From: Mobula hypostoma
Lineage: Eukaryota
Reading direction: 5' to 3'
DNA length: 64,000 bases
Assembly (NCBI RefSeq): GCF_963921235.1
Contig: NC_086108.1
Location: 29,080,001-29,144,000, forward strand
Of the stretch, positions 1 through 12,570 are shown one piece after another. The notes under the pieces were generated by a model, which did no database searches, was not told the DNA's origin, and saw nothing but the letters and a program-made list of their open reading frames with translations. Every line of letters starts with the position of its first letter. Within the stretch, counting starts at the first letter, position 1. The translations under genes and the position numbers were made by a program.

Positions 1-448
1 TATAATTATATAAAGCAGAAAAGGGTGAACGTGAAAGCAGGAGAATGAGAAGGGGGAAATTATATTGGGTAATGAGGAAATGGCCAAGGCTTTGAATGGC
101 TATTTTGTGTCGGTCTTCATGGTGGAAGAAATATCTAACCTGCCAAAGAGAGATGTTATGGATGCGATGGGAGGTGAGGATCTTGATGCAATAGCTATCT
201 GTAAAGAGGTAGTGCTGAGCAAACTTATGGGCCTGAAGATAAACAAGTCCTCTGGTCCAGATGGAATCCATCCCAGGGTACTGAAAGAAATGGCAGAAGT
301 TATAGTAGAGGCTTTGGTGATAATTTACAACAATTCTCTGGATTCTAGGCAGGTCCCAGCAGATTGGAAGAAGGTGAATGTCATGCCACTGTTCGAAAAA
401 AGATGTATGTGAAAGGCAGGTAACTATAAGCTAGTTAGTTTAACATCT

Positions 449-676
449 CAAACAACAGGAATTCTGCAGATGCTGGAATTTCAAGCAACACACATAAAAG
501 TTGCTGGTGAATGCAGCAGGCCAGGCGGCATCTCCAGGAAGAGGTGCAGTTGATGTTTCAGGCCGAGACCCTTCGAAGGGTCCTGACGAAGGATCTCGGC
601 CTGAAACGTCGACTGCACCTCTTCCTAGAGATGCTGCCTGGCCTGCTGCGTTCACCAGCAACTTTTATGTGTGTTG
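449..676. mobile_element. Hairpin-shaped Penelope-derived mini-insertion (inverted pair of pseudo-LTR termini)
   Basis: Arms are reverse complements of each other. Flanked by 14-bp TSD TTAGTTTAACATCT (435-448, 677-690). Same sequence as the terminus of the Penelope copy at 14579. Confidence 0.85.
579..614 (+). ncRNA. Minimal type I hammerhead ribozyme motif
   Basis: GGTC-CTGACGA-AGG(atctcgg)CCT-GAAAC-GTC-GACT: CUGANGA and GAAA boxes, GUC triplet, stem I GGTC/GACT, palindromic loopless stem III. Confidence 0.7.
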
Positions 677-748
677 TTAGTTTAACATCTGTAGTTGGGA
701 AAATGCTTGAAGCTATCATTAAAGAAGAAATAATGAAGCATCTGGAAA

Positions 749-3700
749 CAAATATTCTTGCAGGTAGGTTTGCTAGAGAGGCTCCAGTGGATTTAAACTA
801 GATACAAAGGGGGAGGGGAACAAGAGTGTAGGAACAGATGGAGGGGAGAAGGAAGAAAAAGAAGATAGTAAAGTTGTTAATGATAAACAGAGAGTAAGAG
901 GTGGAGAATTTCTTAACTGCATTTATTTTAATGCTAGGAGAATTGTAAGAAAGGTCAATGAGCTTAGAGCATGAATTTATACCTGGAAATATGATGTTGT
1001 ATCTATTAGTGAAACATGGTCGCAGGAGGGGTGTGATTGGCAACTAAATATTCCTGGATTTCATTGCTTCAGGTGTGATTGAATCAGAGGGACAAGAGGG
1101 GGAGGTGTTGCATTGCTTGTCAGAGAAAATATTACAGCGGTGCTCTGACAGGATAGATTAGAGGGCTCATCTAGGGAGGATAATTGGGTGGAACTGAGGA
1201 ATGGGAAAGGTGTAGTAACACTTATAGGGGTATATTATGGACCACCAAATGGGAAGCGAGAATTGGAGGAGCAAACTTGTAAGGAGATAGCAGATATTTG
1301 TAGTAAACACAAGATCGTGACAGTGGGAGATTTTAATTTCCCACAATTAGACTGGGAAGCTCATACTGTAAAAGGGCTGGATGGTTTGGAGTTTGTAAAA
1401 TGTGTACAGGATAGTTTTTTTGCAGCAATACATAGAGGTACCAACTAGAGAAGGGGCAGTGTTGGATCTCCTATTAGGGAATGAGATAAGCCAGGTGATG
1501 GAGGTATGTGTTGGGGAGCACTTTGGGTCCAGTGATCACAATGCCATTAGTTTCAATATAATTATAGAGAAGGATAGGTCTAGACCTAGGGTTGAGATTT
1601 TTGATTGGAGAAAGGTTAACTTTGAGGAGATGCAAAAGGATTTATAAGGAGTGGATTGAGATAAATTGTTTTATGGGAAGGGTGTAATAGAGAAATGGAG
1701 GTCATTTGAAAGTGAAATTTTAAGGGTACAGAATCTTTATGTTCCTGTTAGCTTGAAAGCAAAGGTTAAAAGTTTGAGGGAGCCATGGTTTTCAAGGGAT
1801 ATTGGAAACTTGGTTTGGAAAAAGAGAGATATCTACAATGAATATAGGCAGCATGGAGTAAATGAGGTGCTCGAGGAATATAAAGAATATAAAAAGAATC
1901 TTAAGAAAGAAATTAGAAAAACTAGAAGAAGATACGATTTTGCTTTGGCAAGTAAGGTGAAAATAAATGCAAAGGGTTTCTACAGTTATATTAATAGCAA
2001 AAGGATATTGAGGGATAAAATTGGTCCCTCAGAGAATCAGAGTGGACAGCTATGTGTGGAGCCAAAAGATGGGGGAGATTTTGAACAATTTCTTTTCTTT
2101 GGTATTCACTAAGGAGAAGGACATTGAATTGTGTAAGGTAAGGGAAACAGATAGGGAAGTTATAGAAACTATGATGATTAAAGAAGAGGAAGTACTGGCG
2201 CTTTTAAGGAATATAAAAGTGGATAAGTCTCTGGGTCCTAACAGGATATTCCCTACAACCTTGAGAGAAGTTAGTGTAGAAATAGCAGGGGCTCTGAAAG
2301 AAATATTTCCAATGTCATTAGAGACAGGGATGGTGCTGGAGGATTGGCGTATTGCTCATGTTGTTCCATTGTTTAAAAAGGGTTCTAAGAGTAAATCTAA
2401 CAATTATCGGTCTGTAAGTTTGATGTCAGTGGTGGGTAAATTAATGGAAAGTATTCTTAGAGATGGTATATATAATTATCTGGATAGACAGGGTCTGATT
2501 AGGAACAGTCAACATGGATTTGTGTGTGGAAGGTCATGTTTGACAAATCTTATTGAATTTTCTGAAGAGGTTACTAGGAAAATTGACGAGGGCAAAGCAG
2601 TGGATGTTGTCTATATGGACTTCAGTAAGGCCTTTGATAAGGTTCCACACGGAAGGTTAGTTAGGAAGGTTCAATCATTAGGTTTTAATATGGAAGTAGT
2701 AAAATGTATTCAACAATGGCTGGATGGGAGATGCCAGAGAGCAGTGGTGGATAACTGTTTGTCAGGTTGGAGGCCAATGACTAGTGGTGTGCCTCAGGGA
2801 TCTGTACGGTCCAATGTTGTTTGTCATATAGATTAATGATCTGGATGATGGGGTGGTAAATTGGATTTATAAGTATGCAGATGATACTAAGATAGGTGGC
2901 GTTGTGGATAATGAAGCAGGTTTTCAAAGCTTGCAGAGAGATTTAGGCTAGTTAGAAGAGTGGGCTGAAAGATGGCAGATGGAGTTTAATGCTGATAAGT
3001 GTGAGGTGCTACATTTTGGTAGGACTAATCAAAATAGGACATACATGTAAATGGTAGGGCATTGAAGAATGCAGTAGAACAGAGTGATCTAGGAATAATG
3101 GTGCATAGTTCCCTGAAGGTGGAATCTCATGTGGATAGGGTGATGAAGAAAGCTTTTGGTATGCTGGCTTTTATAGATCAGAGCATTGAGTATAGGAGGT
3201 GGGATGTAATGTTAAAATTGTATGAGGCATTGGTAAGGCCAAATTTGGAGTACTGTGTACAGTTCTGGTCACCGAATTATAGGAAAGATGTCAACAAAAT
3301 AGAGAGAGTACAGAGAAGACTTACTAGAATGTTACCTGGGTTTCAGCACCTGAGTTACAGAGAAAGGTTGAACAGGTTAGGTCTTTATTCTTTGAAGCGT
3401 AGAAGGTTGAGGGGGGACTTGATAGAGGTATTTAAAATTATGAGGGCGATAGATAGAGTTGATGTGGATAGGCTTTTTCCATTGGGAGTAGGTGAGATTC
3501 AAACAAGAGGACATGAGTTGAGAGTTAGGAGGCAAAAGTTTAGGGGTAACACGAGGGGGAACTTTTTTCTTCAGAGAGTGGTAGCTGTGTGGAGCGAGCT
3601 TCCAGTAGAAATGGTAGAGGCAGGTTCGATATTGTCATTTAAAGAAAAATTGGATAGGTATATGGACAGGAAAGGAATGGAGGGTTATGGGCTGAGTGCA

Positions 3701-3802
3701 GGTCGGTGGGACTAGGTGAGAGTAAGCATTCGGCACGGACTAGAAGGGCCAAGATGGCCTGTTTCTGTGCTGTAATGGTTACATGGTTATATGGTTATAT
3801 AT
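749..3802 (+). mobile_element. CR1-clade LINE 'B' (end of ORF1, frameshifted APE+RT ORF2, 3' UTR) nested in CR1 'A'
   Basis: APE motifs (VGDFNFP, GSSDHNAI) and RT motifs (QHGF, YMDFSKAFDKVPH, SGVPQGS). ORF2 stop at 3715; (ATGGTTAT)n tail at about 3775-3802. Confidence 0.92.
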
Positions 3803-4781
3803 GAAATGGATCCATCAGGCAGACACCGCATGGATTCAGCAAAGGCAGGTCCTGTTTGACAAACTTACTGGAGTTCTTTGAGGATATAATGAGCGCAGTG
3901 GATAGCGGGAAACAGGTGGACATTGTATACTTGGATTTCCAGAAGCCGTTCGATAAGGTACTGCATAAAAGGGTTATCCATAAGGTAAGGATGCATAGAC
4001 TTGGAGGTGATGTCTTAGCATGGGTAGAAGATTAGTTAACTAACAGAAAACAGAGAGTTAGGATATATGGATGTTACTCTGGTTGGCAGTGGTGAGCGGT
4101 GTGCCACAGGGGTCAGTGCTGGGCCCACAGCCGTTCACAATATATATTAATGATCTGGAAGAGGGGACTGACTGTAGTGTATTTAAGTTTGCTGATGATA
4201 CTAAATTGAGTGGAAAAGCAAATTGTGGAGAAGATATGGAGATTGTGCAGAGAGATAAAGATAGGCTGAGCGAGTGGGCAAGGGTCTGGCAGGTGGAGTA
4301 CGATGTTGATAAATGCGAGGCCATCCACTTTGGAAGGGAAATGAAAGAGCAAATTATTATTTAAGTGGTAAAAATTTGCAGCATGCTGCTGTGCAGATGG
4401 ACTTGGGAACGCTTGTGCATGAATCACAAAAGGTTGGTTTACAGGTGAAGCAGGCTATCAAGAAGGCAAATGGAATGTTAGCCTCCATTGCTAGAGGGAT
4501 TGAATTTAAGAGCAGGGAGGTTATGCTGCATCTATACAGGGTACTAGTGAGGCCAGACATGGAGTACTGTGTGCAGTTCTGGTCTCCTTACTTGAGGAAG
4601 GATATACTGACTTTGGAGGCGGTGCAGAGGAGGTTCACCAGGTTGATTCCAGGGATGAGGGGTTAGACTATGAGGAGAGATTGAGTCACCTGGGACTGTA
4701 TTCACTGGAATTCAGAAGAATGAGAAGAGATTTTATAGAAACATATAAAATTATGAAAGGAATAGAGGCAGGAAACTTGTT

Positions 4782-6326
4782 ACAGACACCTGTTAGGGTG
4801 CATTCTCCAGTTACCTTAGAAGGTAACTGTAGCCTTCAGCCAGGAGCAGATGTCATCAGGTGCTTCCTAACCTTCATGGAGTGGTGGGCCGGCAGTAGTG
4901 GCCATATCACTGCCTGTCTGCTCCTGGCTTCCAGCTCCCCTCCTCTTGCCTACCCCAAATCCAACAAGAAGCTCATTCTTCCTCTTCCCCCATTCTAAGA
5001 GCTGCTTATTTTTTGCTCCTTTCGTCCAGGCCCAGATCTGACAACAACCGCCATGCTGATTTGGCTGGGAAACCTCTGCAGCCGATCTCCACAGGGAACA
5101 ACCATGCCTGCCATCCCTTGTCTTTACACTCCTGCACTAAGGGCTGCTACTTCAAGGCCTTTCTCTCGTGGGCCTCTTCTCATCCCTCCTACGGCACAGT
5201 CAACTCGACCAGAGTTATTTTCTTGTCTTCCATTGACCACAGTACAATGTCCCGGGCATAGGGTTGTGTGCACCACATCCGGGAACTGCAATCTCCTTCC
5301 CACATCGACCCTAACCTCCCAGGACCTGGCCGCGAGCAGCAGATTGGGTTTTGGTTGTTTGGTTATGAAAGGCCTAGCTCCCTCTTTGATGAAGGTGACG
5401 GCCTTCCTCAAATCTGTGCCAGCCGTCCTCTTCTTGCATCCCTCCCACTCTAGTGTGTCAGCAAGAGGCAGAAGCACCTTAACATGGCGCCACCTATACC
5501 GTCCTTGAGTTAGAGCTGTTTTACACCCAGACAGTACATGAGCCAGTGTCCCCTTTTGACCACAGAGCTTACAGTTCGGGTCCTCTCTCATCCCCCATGT
5601 GTACACATGTAATGGTGAAGGAATGGTGTCATACACAGATCGCAAGAGGAAGGAAATACGGAAGGGCCCCAGTCTCCATAACTCTGCCCATGAGATCTTG
5701 CGCTTAGGCAGATCCCATTTTGTCCAGACACCCTGGGACTCTTGTTCCAGTGCCTTTGACATCTGCTTCTGTTCCTCACGGATCTGTACTTCTGCCTGTA
5801 TTATGTCTCTCCTGTTCCTTATGCTTGCATTTCCCCACTTCTAGAAGTGAACTGAGCTGAGGCCTTGCTGCCCGACACAGGGGTTGCCGATGATATCTCG
5901 CAGCTTCAGAGAACACACTGCTTCCTCCACAGCTGCGCTGGCTGCCCACTTACGCCCAGTTCTGGTTGTAACGCCTGCTTGCTTTACCAAGACGTCATTA
6001 GAATCTCTCAAACTTAATAAAGTTCTGCATTTTGCCACCTTGAATTCCTCCACAACAGATGACAGGGGAAGCTGCAGTTGCCTAGAATGAATATAAAGGC
6101 CCACTGAAGAGAAGCTTGGGGGAACTCCCAACCATCTCCGCAGGTGCTTGTTGGTTTTCCTCTCGATTCCCTCTACAACAGTCATGGGGAACTCATAAAG
6201 TGTGAAGAGCCAGAGAAGCCTGGGCAGAAGGCCGTATTGGTACAGCCAGGTCTTGAATTCACCCGGAAGTCCGGATTTGTCAATCTTCTTCAGCCATTCC
6301 TCTGTCTGCTTCACAGCATTGGTGAC
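4782..6326 (-). mobile_element. 5'-truncated Hero (R2-group) non-LTR retrotransposon: RT C-terminus, CCHC knuckle, restriction-like endonuclease, 3' UTR
   Basis: ORFs 5841-6467 and 5124-5762 include IDKSGLPGEFKTWLYQYGLLPRLLW and CKLCGQKGTLAHVLSGC...GRYRWRH, followed by a frameshifted PD-(D/E)xK-type region. Imperfect AA(C/G)TTGTT duplication at the ends. Confidence 0.85.
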
Positions 6327-6341
6327 AAGTTGTTTCCACTG

Positions 6342-6590
6342 TGATGCACCTTCAATTACTCCAAAAGACTGGAAGTAGGGTAAATACTGAAAGGCTTTTA
6401 TTCGTCGTAAAATGTGACCTCCACGCTGAGTGTCTGCCCCTGGACTGAGGAGGAGGAGCAGTGGCAAAATTGCCTTTATTCAGGGTCTGTGGAAGGAGCC
6501 ACAGGGGCAGTCAGCAGAGGTGCGTGTCCAGACAGGTAACCCAGTTACAACATATATATATATATATGTATATATGTATGGTTTACCACA
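6342..6590 (-). mobile_element. Short solo LTR (249 bp)
   Basis: TG...CA termini, AATAAA on the minus strand, 5-bp TSD CACTG (6337-6341, 6591-6595). Confidence 0.8.
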
Positions 6591-7334
6591 CACTGGTAGG
6601 TGAGAGTAGAACTAGGCGACATAGCCTCAAGATTTAGGGACAGAGATGAGGAGGAACTGCTTTTCCCAGAGAGTGGTGAATCTATGGAATTTTCAGCCCA
6701 ATGAAACAGTGGAGGCTACCTCAGTATATATATTTAAGACAAGGTTGGATAGATTCTTGCATTACTAAGGGAATTAAGGGTTATGGGGAAAAGGCAGGTA
6801 GGTGGAGAGGAGTCCATGGCCAGACCTGCCCTGATCTTATTGAGTGGGGGTGCAGGCTCGACAAGCCAGATGGCCTACCCCTGCTCCTATTTCTTATGTT
6901 CTTATGTTCAAAGGAGCTTGGAACTGAACCTCAGTTTAATGTAAATATTACATTCTGTGAGGAAGCACAGATTTAATCAAGCTGAACTGGACATGTCTCA
7001 TTATGATTTTGCACCTAATTGTTTACCTGCATTGCCCTTTCTCTGTTGCTATTGCATTTTATTCTGCCATTGTTATTGTTTTACCTTGTTCTACCTCAAT
7101 GAGTTGTGTAATGATCTGATCCGTATGAACAGTATGAAAATAAAGTTTTTCACTGTAAAATGAGAATAATAAGCCAGTTTCACTTCCAATTCCAATCCTC
7201 TTGGAGGTAGTCATGGATCAGGCTGGACAGAAAACCAAGCTATTTCTGGATTATGACACAACTTTGAAACATGAAAAGATCATTTGGTCCTTTGGTCTGC
7301 TCCATAGTTCAACTAGTTCATTAAATACTTCATA

Positions 7335-7873
7335 CAGTACTGTGCGAAAGTCTTAGGCACATATACAGAATATAGCTAGCTAGGGTGTCTGCACAGCACT
7401 GTATTTGTCAATGTGGAGCAGAGAGCAAGTTTTTATAAATCTGGCAGGAGCAAAGGGTGTTGGGAATTGTGAAGGAGGAGTGTCACGGGAGGGGTGTGGG
7501 ACAGGTGGCAGAGAAGGCGTGGCGGGGGGGGTGGATGGCACGAGTGCAGACACACCCAGCCCTGAGACGCCAGGCAAGGTCACTTAATCCAAGCAATTGA
7601 TTCATCGACCATTATAAAATGTCTCTCTGATGCTTCCTGCTCCTTCCCCTTTTCCCAGCTATGGTTCCCCTCTCCCTGCCCCCTTCCGACTCTCAGCCCA
7701 CCATAGAGACCCATAACAGAATCAGGTTTATCATCACTCACATATGTCATGAATTGTTTTTCTTTTTGTGGCAGCAGTACAGTTCAATACATAAAATTAC
7801 TACAGAAATGTGAAAAAGTCTTAGGCACCCTAGCAATATATACAGTATGTGCCCCAGACTTTTACACATTATG
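7335..7873. mobile_element. Tc1/mariner-like MITE whose ~70-bp terminal repeats are themselves palindromic
   Basis: TA|CAGTACTGTGCGAAAGTCTTAGGCAC at the left end; degenerate inverted copy at 7803-7873. Confidence 0.55.
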
Positions 7874-10585
7874 ATACATATCTTTTATTAACAGGTTCAA
7901 GGTTTTTTGTTGACATTGTTCTATGCACGAGTGTAAAGGAGAATAAAATGGTTGTTACTCCATGATGCAGCATAAAAAGAACACAATAAGCATAAGAAAC
8001 ACAAAATACCCACAGTAGATACAAATGTAAATGCAATCCCATAAAACACAATGTACAAGTATCTGTTTGAGTGTGGCCGTATGTACATGGAGTGATTGTA
8101 TGTACATAAGGTGATGCTAGGTGCAGCAGTATCCATACAAATCTTAATCTGAAATTAGCCTAGCAACAAGAGTTCTGAGGGACAGGAGTTTCATATTTCC
8201 ACAATGCTTTCTATAGAAAATGAAAACCTTCCTGATTTTGCTCCCACATGACCAAGGTTTCTTTTTCATTCTAGATCCCTTCCAGTGCTTTCTATGTAAC
8301 CACTTTGTCGAGTGTCAGCCATTTTGGATATCTCAGTTTGATCACACCTCTAATCTACTATACTCCACAGGATGCAAGCCAAGTCGCATAACCCTCCCTG
8401 AACTTTCTGAGCACTGGGTCCAGTCTGGTGAAACTCTAATCCTTTAAGGCTGATGTATCTTTCTTCAGGTATCTGCTTCATACCCTGTGCAAGCTGCAGT
8501 TCTGCAGAATTTACAGTTGCAATAGGCCCTAGCTTTTTCCTGGGCTGTAGAAAATGAATGGCAAATGATTTCTCAGATGCATATCCAGAATCTCAATCCA
8601 GGCAAATGTTTTAAATTGGGCCCGTGAAACTCTGGAATCTGAACAATTTCCTGTTTTTCTCAATCTGCATAAATTGTTGAAAGCCGACTGAAATAAGCCT
8701 CTACGAGACTGTGCTAGACATGTGGACAGAGGTAACTTTCTGACTGGCTGCCAAATATACTGGGTGCTTGTACAATTGATGAAACAGCACCAGTGTTAAA
8801 TAGACATAATTCAAACAGATTTACCTTCCAGGTCCTCAAGAAGTTTATTCTACAATTTGTGGGAACGATATTTTTGCTTCAAACTTTGCAACACCTGCAG
8901 CTTTGCTTACCAACTCTGGCTGAATGGACTTCTGAAGGCTTCCTCCTCACAACCACCACAGCTGGGCATCTTCCTCCCCTGCCACCTTCACCACTGCTTA
9001 CCTGTCACGTCCGTCAATGTACCTTTTTCCGAGGCTACTAGAACTGAAAGGTATGTCTTAATACATGAGTGTAATTGATGACATTTCATATCAATCGACA
9101 AATCATATATCCCACAATCTCCAACTCATAAACACCGCCAGCTGCCATTTCAATGGCCTCTGATTTGCTTTCCTCAGGTGCTTGCAGTTTCCTGGAGACC
9201 ATCCATTAATTTCTGGATCCATCCTGGAGAGTAGTAAGCCTAGATGCTGTGAGATTTCTGAATGACTTCCTTGTTATTTTAACCGTAATGTGAAGCTGGA
9301 GAAAGAAGGAATTCCAGAGAATGTGATGCTTGTTTCTCCAAGTTGTTGCTAACTACCCCACTGATCACCAGGAATATCCTTGTTTCAATGAGGGATCTAC
9401 TTTGATAGAAGTGTGATTCCCACTGAACACGAAAGGTCCATGCTGCCGCTATAAGCAAGAACTCTAAATTTGCCACACACAAATTATCCAAAAAAATTCT
9501 CAAGGCACCAAAAGTTCAGGAATTGGGGCACATCCTCTTCTTCTTCCAAATCCCAGCAAATTTCACCTCATTTTCTTAAGTATATCGAGGCCTCGAGGGT
9601 TGGTAATGGCCCAGATCCCAGACACTGGACACCCTCCAAGCAACCAAGAGCTTGAGACCAATAGGAAATTATCTTCAGCAAATAAAGGAACCAGAAGGGT
9701 ATTCACAAATTAAATTATAGGTTTCTCATGCCAATGGATCTTTGTAATGTCAACCAATTGTCTCTAAGTCTGCAATGCAAGATTCACAACCAGAAGGAAT
9801 TTGAAGTGTAAGCTGAAAGGAATTTAAGGGCACTAACTCTGACAGGGGTTAGTGCGGTGCTTGTGAAAAGTTATAAAGAGGCAAGGAGAGCTGCCAGAAC
9901 ATGTTCATCAGATTTATTCAACTTTCTGCAACTTACTAGGTATGCTATCAATGTAAATATGTGACATTCTTCCACCTTTTAGAAAGGAAAGTACTTTGCA
10001 GATTTAACCTGTTTCCAAGTTATCTGAGTCTCTGATTTTCTCAGGGGAACATCTCTTTGGTGTTGCATCTACTTGCTGACGTGAGGAAGTTGACACTCTT
10101 AAATTAATTGAGTGGAATTTTATGTTGTTCCTTTTACATTCTCCATCAAATTCTGGAATACATGTATGATATATAACTCAGTATTTTTTTGTTATCTCTT
10201 GCTGGAACTAAATATTCCCTTCTAATTTAATCTATTTTCACAACAGACAAAGGCAATGGAGGAACTTAAGGGGTCACACAGCATCTATGAAGGGAAAAAG
10301 ACATGGGTCAAGACTCGTGAGCTTGAATGTTAACAGTCCATTTCCTTCTATATATGCTGCCTAACCTGCTGAGTTCTTCCGGCGTTTTTGTGAGTTGCTC
10401 TAGATTTCCGGCATCTGCAGTCTCTTGTGCCTCCATAATGTCACAAGTTACCTTTTTTATAACCTTGTTCATCCACTATTCCTTCAACATCCCATTGCTA
10501 AATGTCAGATTTATGAGGTTTCGTTAAAACACAATCTGTATTTGAAATACCGCGCAATATTGGTAGCTCGGGTTGGCTATTTGTA

Positions 10586-11385
10586 AGTTCAAAGCTTCAA
10601 AGGTTTCAAGGGTGCATTCAGTGTCAGAGAAATGTATACAGTATACATCCTGAAGTGCTTTTTCTTTGCAACCATTCACAAGGAACAGAGGAGCGCCTCC
10701 AAAGAATGAATGACAGCTCAATGTTAAAACCCCAAGGTCCCCCCAGCTCCCCTCCCTCCTGCGCGTAAGCAGCAGCAACCAACCATCCCCCCTCCCCCAA
10801 CCGGCAAAAAAAAGCATCGGCACCCACCACTGAGCTCTCAAGCGTGCAGCAAAGAAACAGACTTGCGGTACTCCAGAGACTACTCATTCACCCATATTCG
10901 ATATACCACAGGCTCTCTCTCTCCCTAATGAGGGAGAAAGGGGTGTCTCCATTTCACAGCGTGAGGGGAGACATAACAAACAACTCACTGGTTTATGATG
11001 CTAGAAGTCCATTGTGTTGCTTTTTCTGAGCTCTGTGCCCAAAGATCTCAGGTCTTAGATCTTCAATCTCCCACAACACACCAATCTCCTGCCCGGACAC
11101 TGACCTTTGATCGTCCTGTCTCCAGAGCCATGAAATCTCGGACCTCTGAAGACGAGTGAAGCTCTTAACCCACGCCCTCAGCATGCTGAATAACAGCCCT
11201 CTGTGAAACTCCAAGGACAGATCCTATTCCCGCAATGAACTGTAGTCAGCATGTAACTCCAGATCAGGGTCTTCAAAAGAACTCTGAAGAGAAAAATAGA
11301 GATATTAAAGATAGAAATAGAACCGTTTCCAAAGATGCAAGCGAAGGAGTCACCATTAAGCGCCACTGATTCTCCTAAGCTCCTC
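10586..11385 (-). mobile_element. Non-coding LINE-tail retroelement (second partial copy at about 11682-11840)
   Basis: TTTGAAC-like tail on the minus strand. 10586-10760 and 11682-11840 are clearly homologous. Confidence 0.5.
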
Positions 11386-11390
11386 CTCAC

Positions 11391-12105
11391 TGTTTGGTTG
11401 ATTACTGAATTTGGCAAAATGTTTGTGGATGTTTTGGCTCCAACTGAGAAGCCACGATTAGTGTTCAGTGAGGGTGTTGTCTCCTCAGAATGCCAGCTTA
11501 TATACTCCTCCGAGGTCCGAATGGATATTGATTAGACATCGTGGTCTGGTTGGCTGACTCAAGACACCGTGAACAGTTTAGCAGTAGAAGATTCCGATTG
11601 GCTAGCTTCAAGAGAGATCCATTGGAAGTGTTTGCTCCGCTGTCCAGATCCCAAAATTACTAGCAATTCGTTGATTGTTCGAAAGTTCAAAGGTTCAATT
11701 TAATGTCAGAGAAAGGTATACAATATAATCCTGAAATGCCTTTTCTTTGCAAAACACCCATGAAAACAGAGAAGTGCCCCAAAAAATGAACAACAGTTAA
11801 ACGTGAGAACCCCAAAGTACCCCCCCCCCATCACCCTCCCGTGTGTTGACTTGTTGTTTATCTTTTCTCCGTAAGGGTTTATATATCAGATCTATGTTGG
11901 TGTGTTTGCTGATGGATCCTTTAGTAGAGAACCACACTTCGAGAAATTCTCATTCTTTTCTTGTTCTTGCTTGAGTCAAGACTCTGGTTGTCATCCAGTT
12001 GAATGGTGTCCATCTTCGTCTTCATGAGCTGATACGAGCGAGAGTGGATCGTGCTTCGACCAGGCTGCATGAGCATCAGCTAGCGAGCAGAAGCCACAAC
12101 CCAGT
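11391..12105 (-). mobile_element. Decayed Penelope-like element (Poseidon-type GIY-YIG C-terminus and terminal repeat) with a short 5' inversion
   Basis: Minus strand reads KHDPLSLVSAHEDEDGH then, after a frameshift, RVLTQARTRKE*EFLEVWFS...IDLIYKPL. Plus strand 12057-12102 reads STRLHEHQLASRSHNP. Confidence 0.6.
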
Positions 12106-12570
12106 GAAGAGGTTGTCTTGTATACTCCTGATGCAGGTCAATTAATTACACAACGCATTGGGGAAGTAGAAGATAAATTAATAACAGAATGTAGAATAAA
12201 GAGTAACAGCTTCAGAGACAGTGCAGTACAGGTAGGCAATGAGGTGGAAGATCAAAATGAGGGAGATAGTGAGGTCAACAGTCCATTTTATCAAATCAGG
12301 GAACCATTTAATAGTCTTATTAAGGAAGATGTCCTTCAGGCTGAAGGTATGTACTTTCATGATTTTGTATCTTCTGCTCAGAGGGGGAGAGAAGTAGGGA
12401 GAATGTCCAGTGTAGGTGGGGTCTTTGATTATGCTAGCTGCTTTAATGTGCTAGTGAAAGTATAGACAGAGACCATAGAGGGTGATGAGGTTTCTTTGAT
12501 GTGTTGAGCTACGTATATAACTCTCTGCAGTTTCTTGGTGGTCATGGGCAGAGCAGTTGCCATACCAAGC

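Larger units (their letters stand above)
1..6908 (+). mobile_element. CR1-clade LINE 'A', decayed ORF2 and 3' end, split into about 1-448, 677-748, 3803-4781, 6327-6341 and 6591-6908 by four later insertions
   Basis: ORF pieces with CR1 RT-region motifs (KSSGPDGIHPRVLKE, SGVPQGSVLGP, KFADDTKL, VRPDMEYCVQFWSP). The sequence reads through across each insertion and ends in a (TCTTATGT)n-like tail near 6890-6908. Confidence 0.9.

Noticed and set aside
440..661. Recurrent 'MLVNAAGQAASLGRG...' ORFs as a small gene family
   Set aside because: They are translations of the non-coding Penelope terminal repeat, found on both strands of palindromes.
4850..4862. CTGATGA on the minus strand of the Hero 3' UTR as a hammerhead
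   Set aside because: No correctly placed GAAA box or cleavage triplet in this copy.
5841..6467. N-terminal extension on the Hero ORF
   Set aside because: The first ~45 codons run through the adjacent solo LTR and CR1 bases; this is a chance fusion.
9279..9655. Short ORFs in non-repetitive sequence as host exons
   Set aside because: No recognisable protein similarity and no convincing splice-site pairs.
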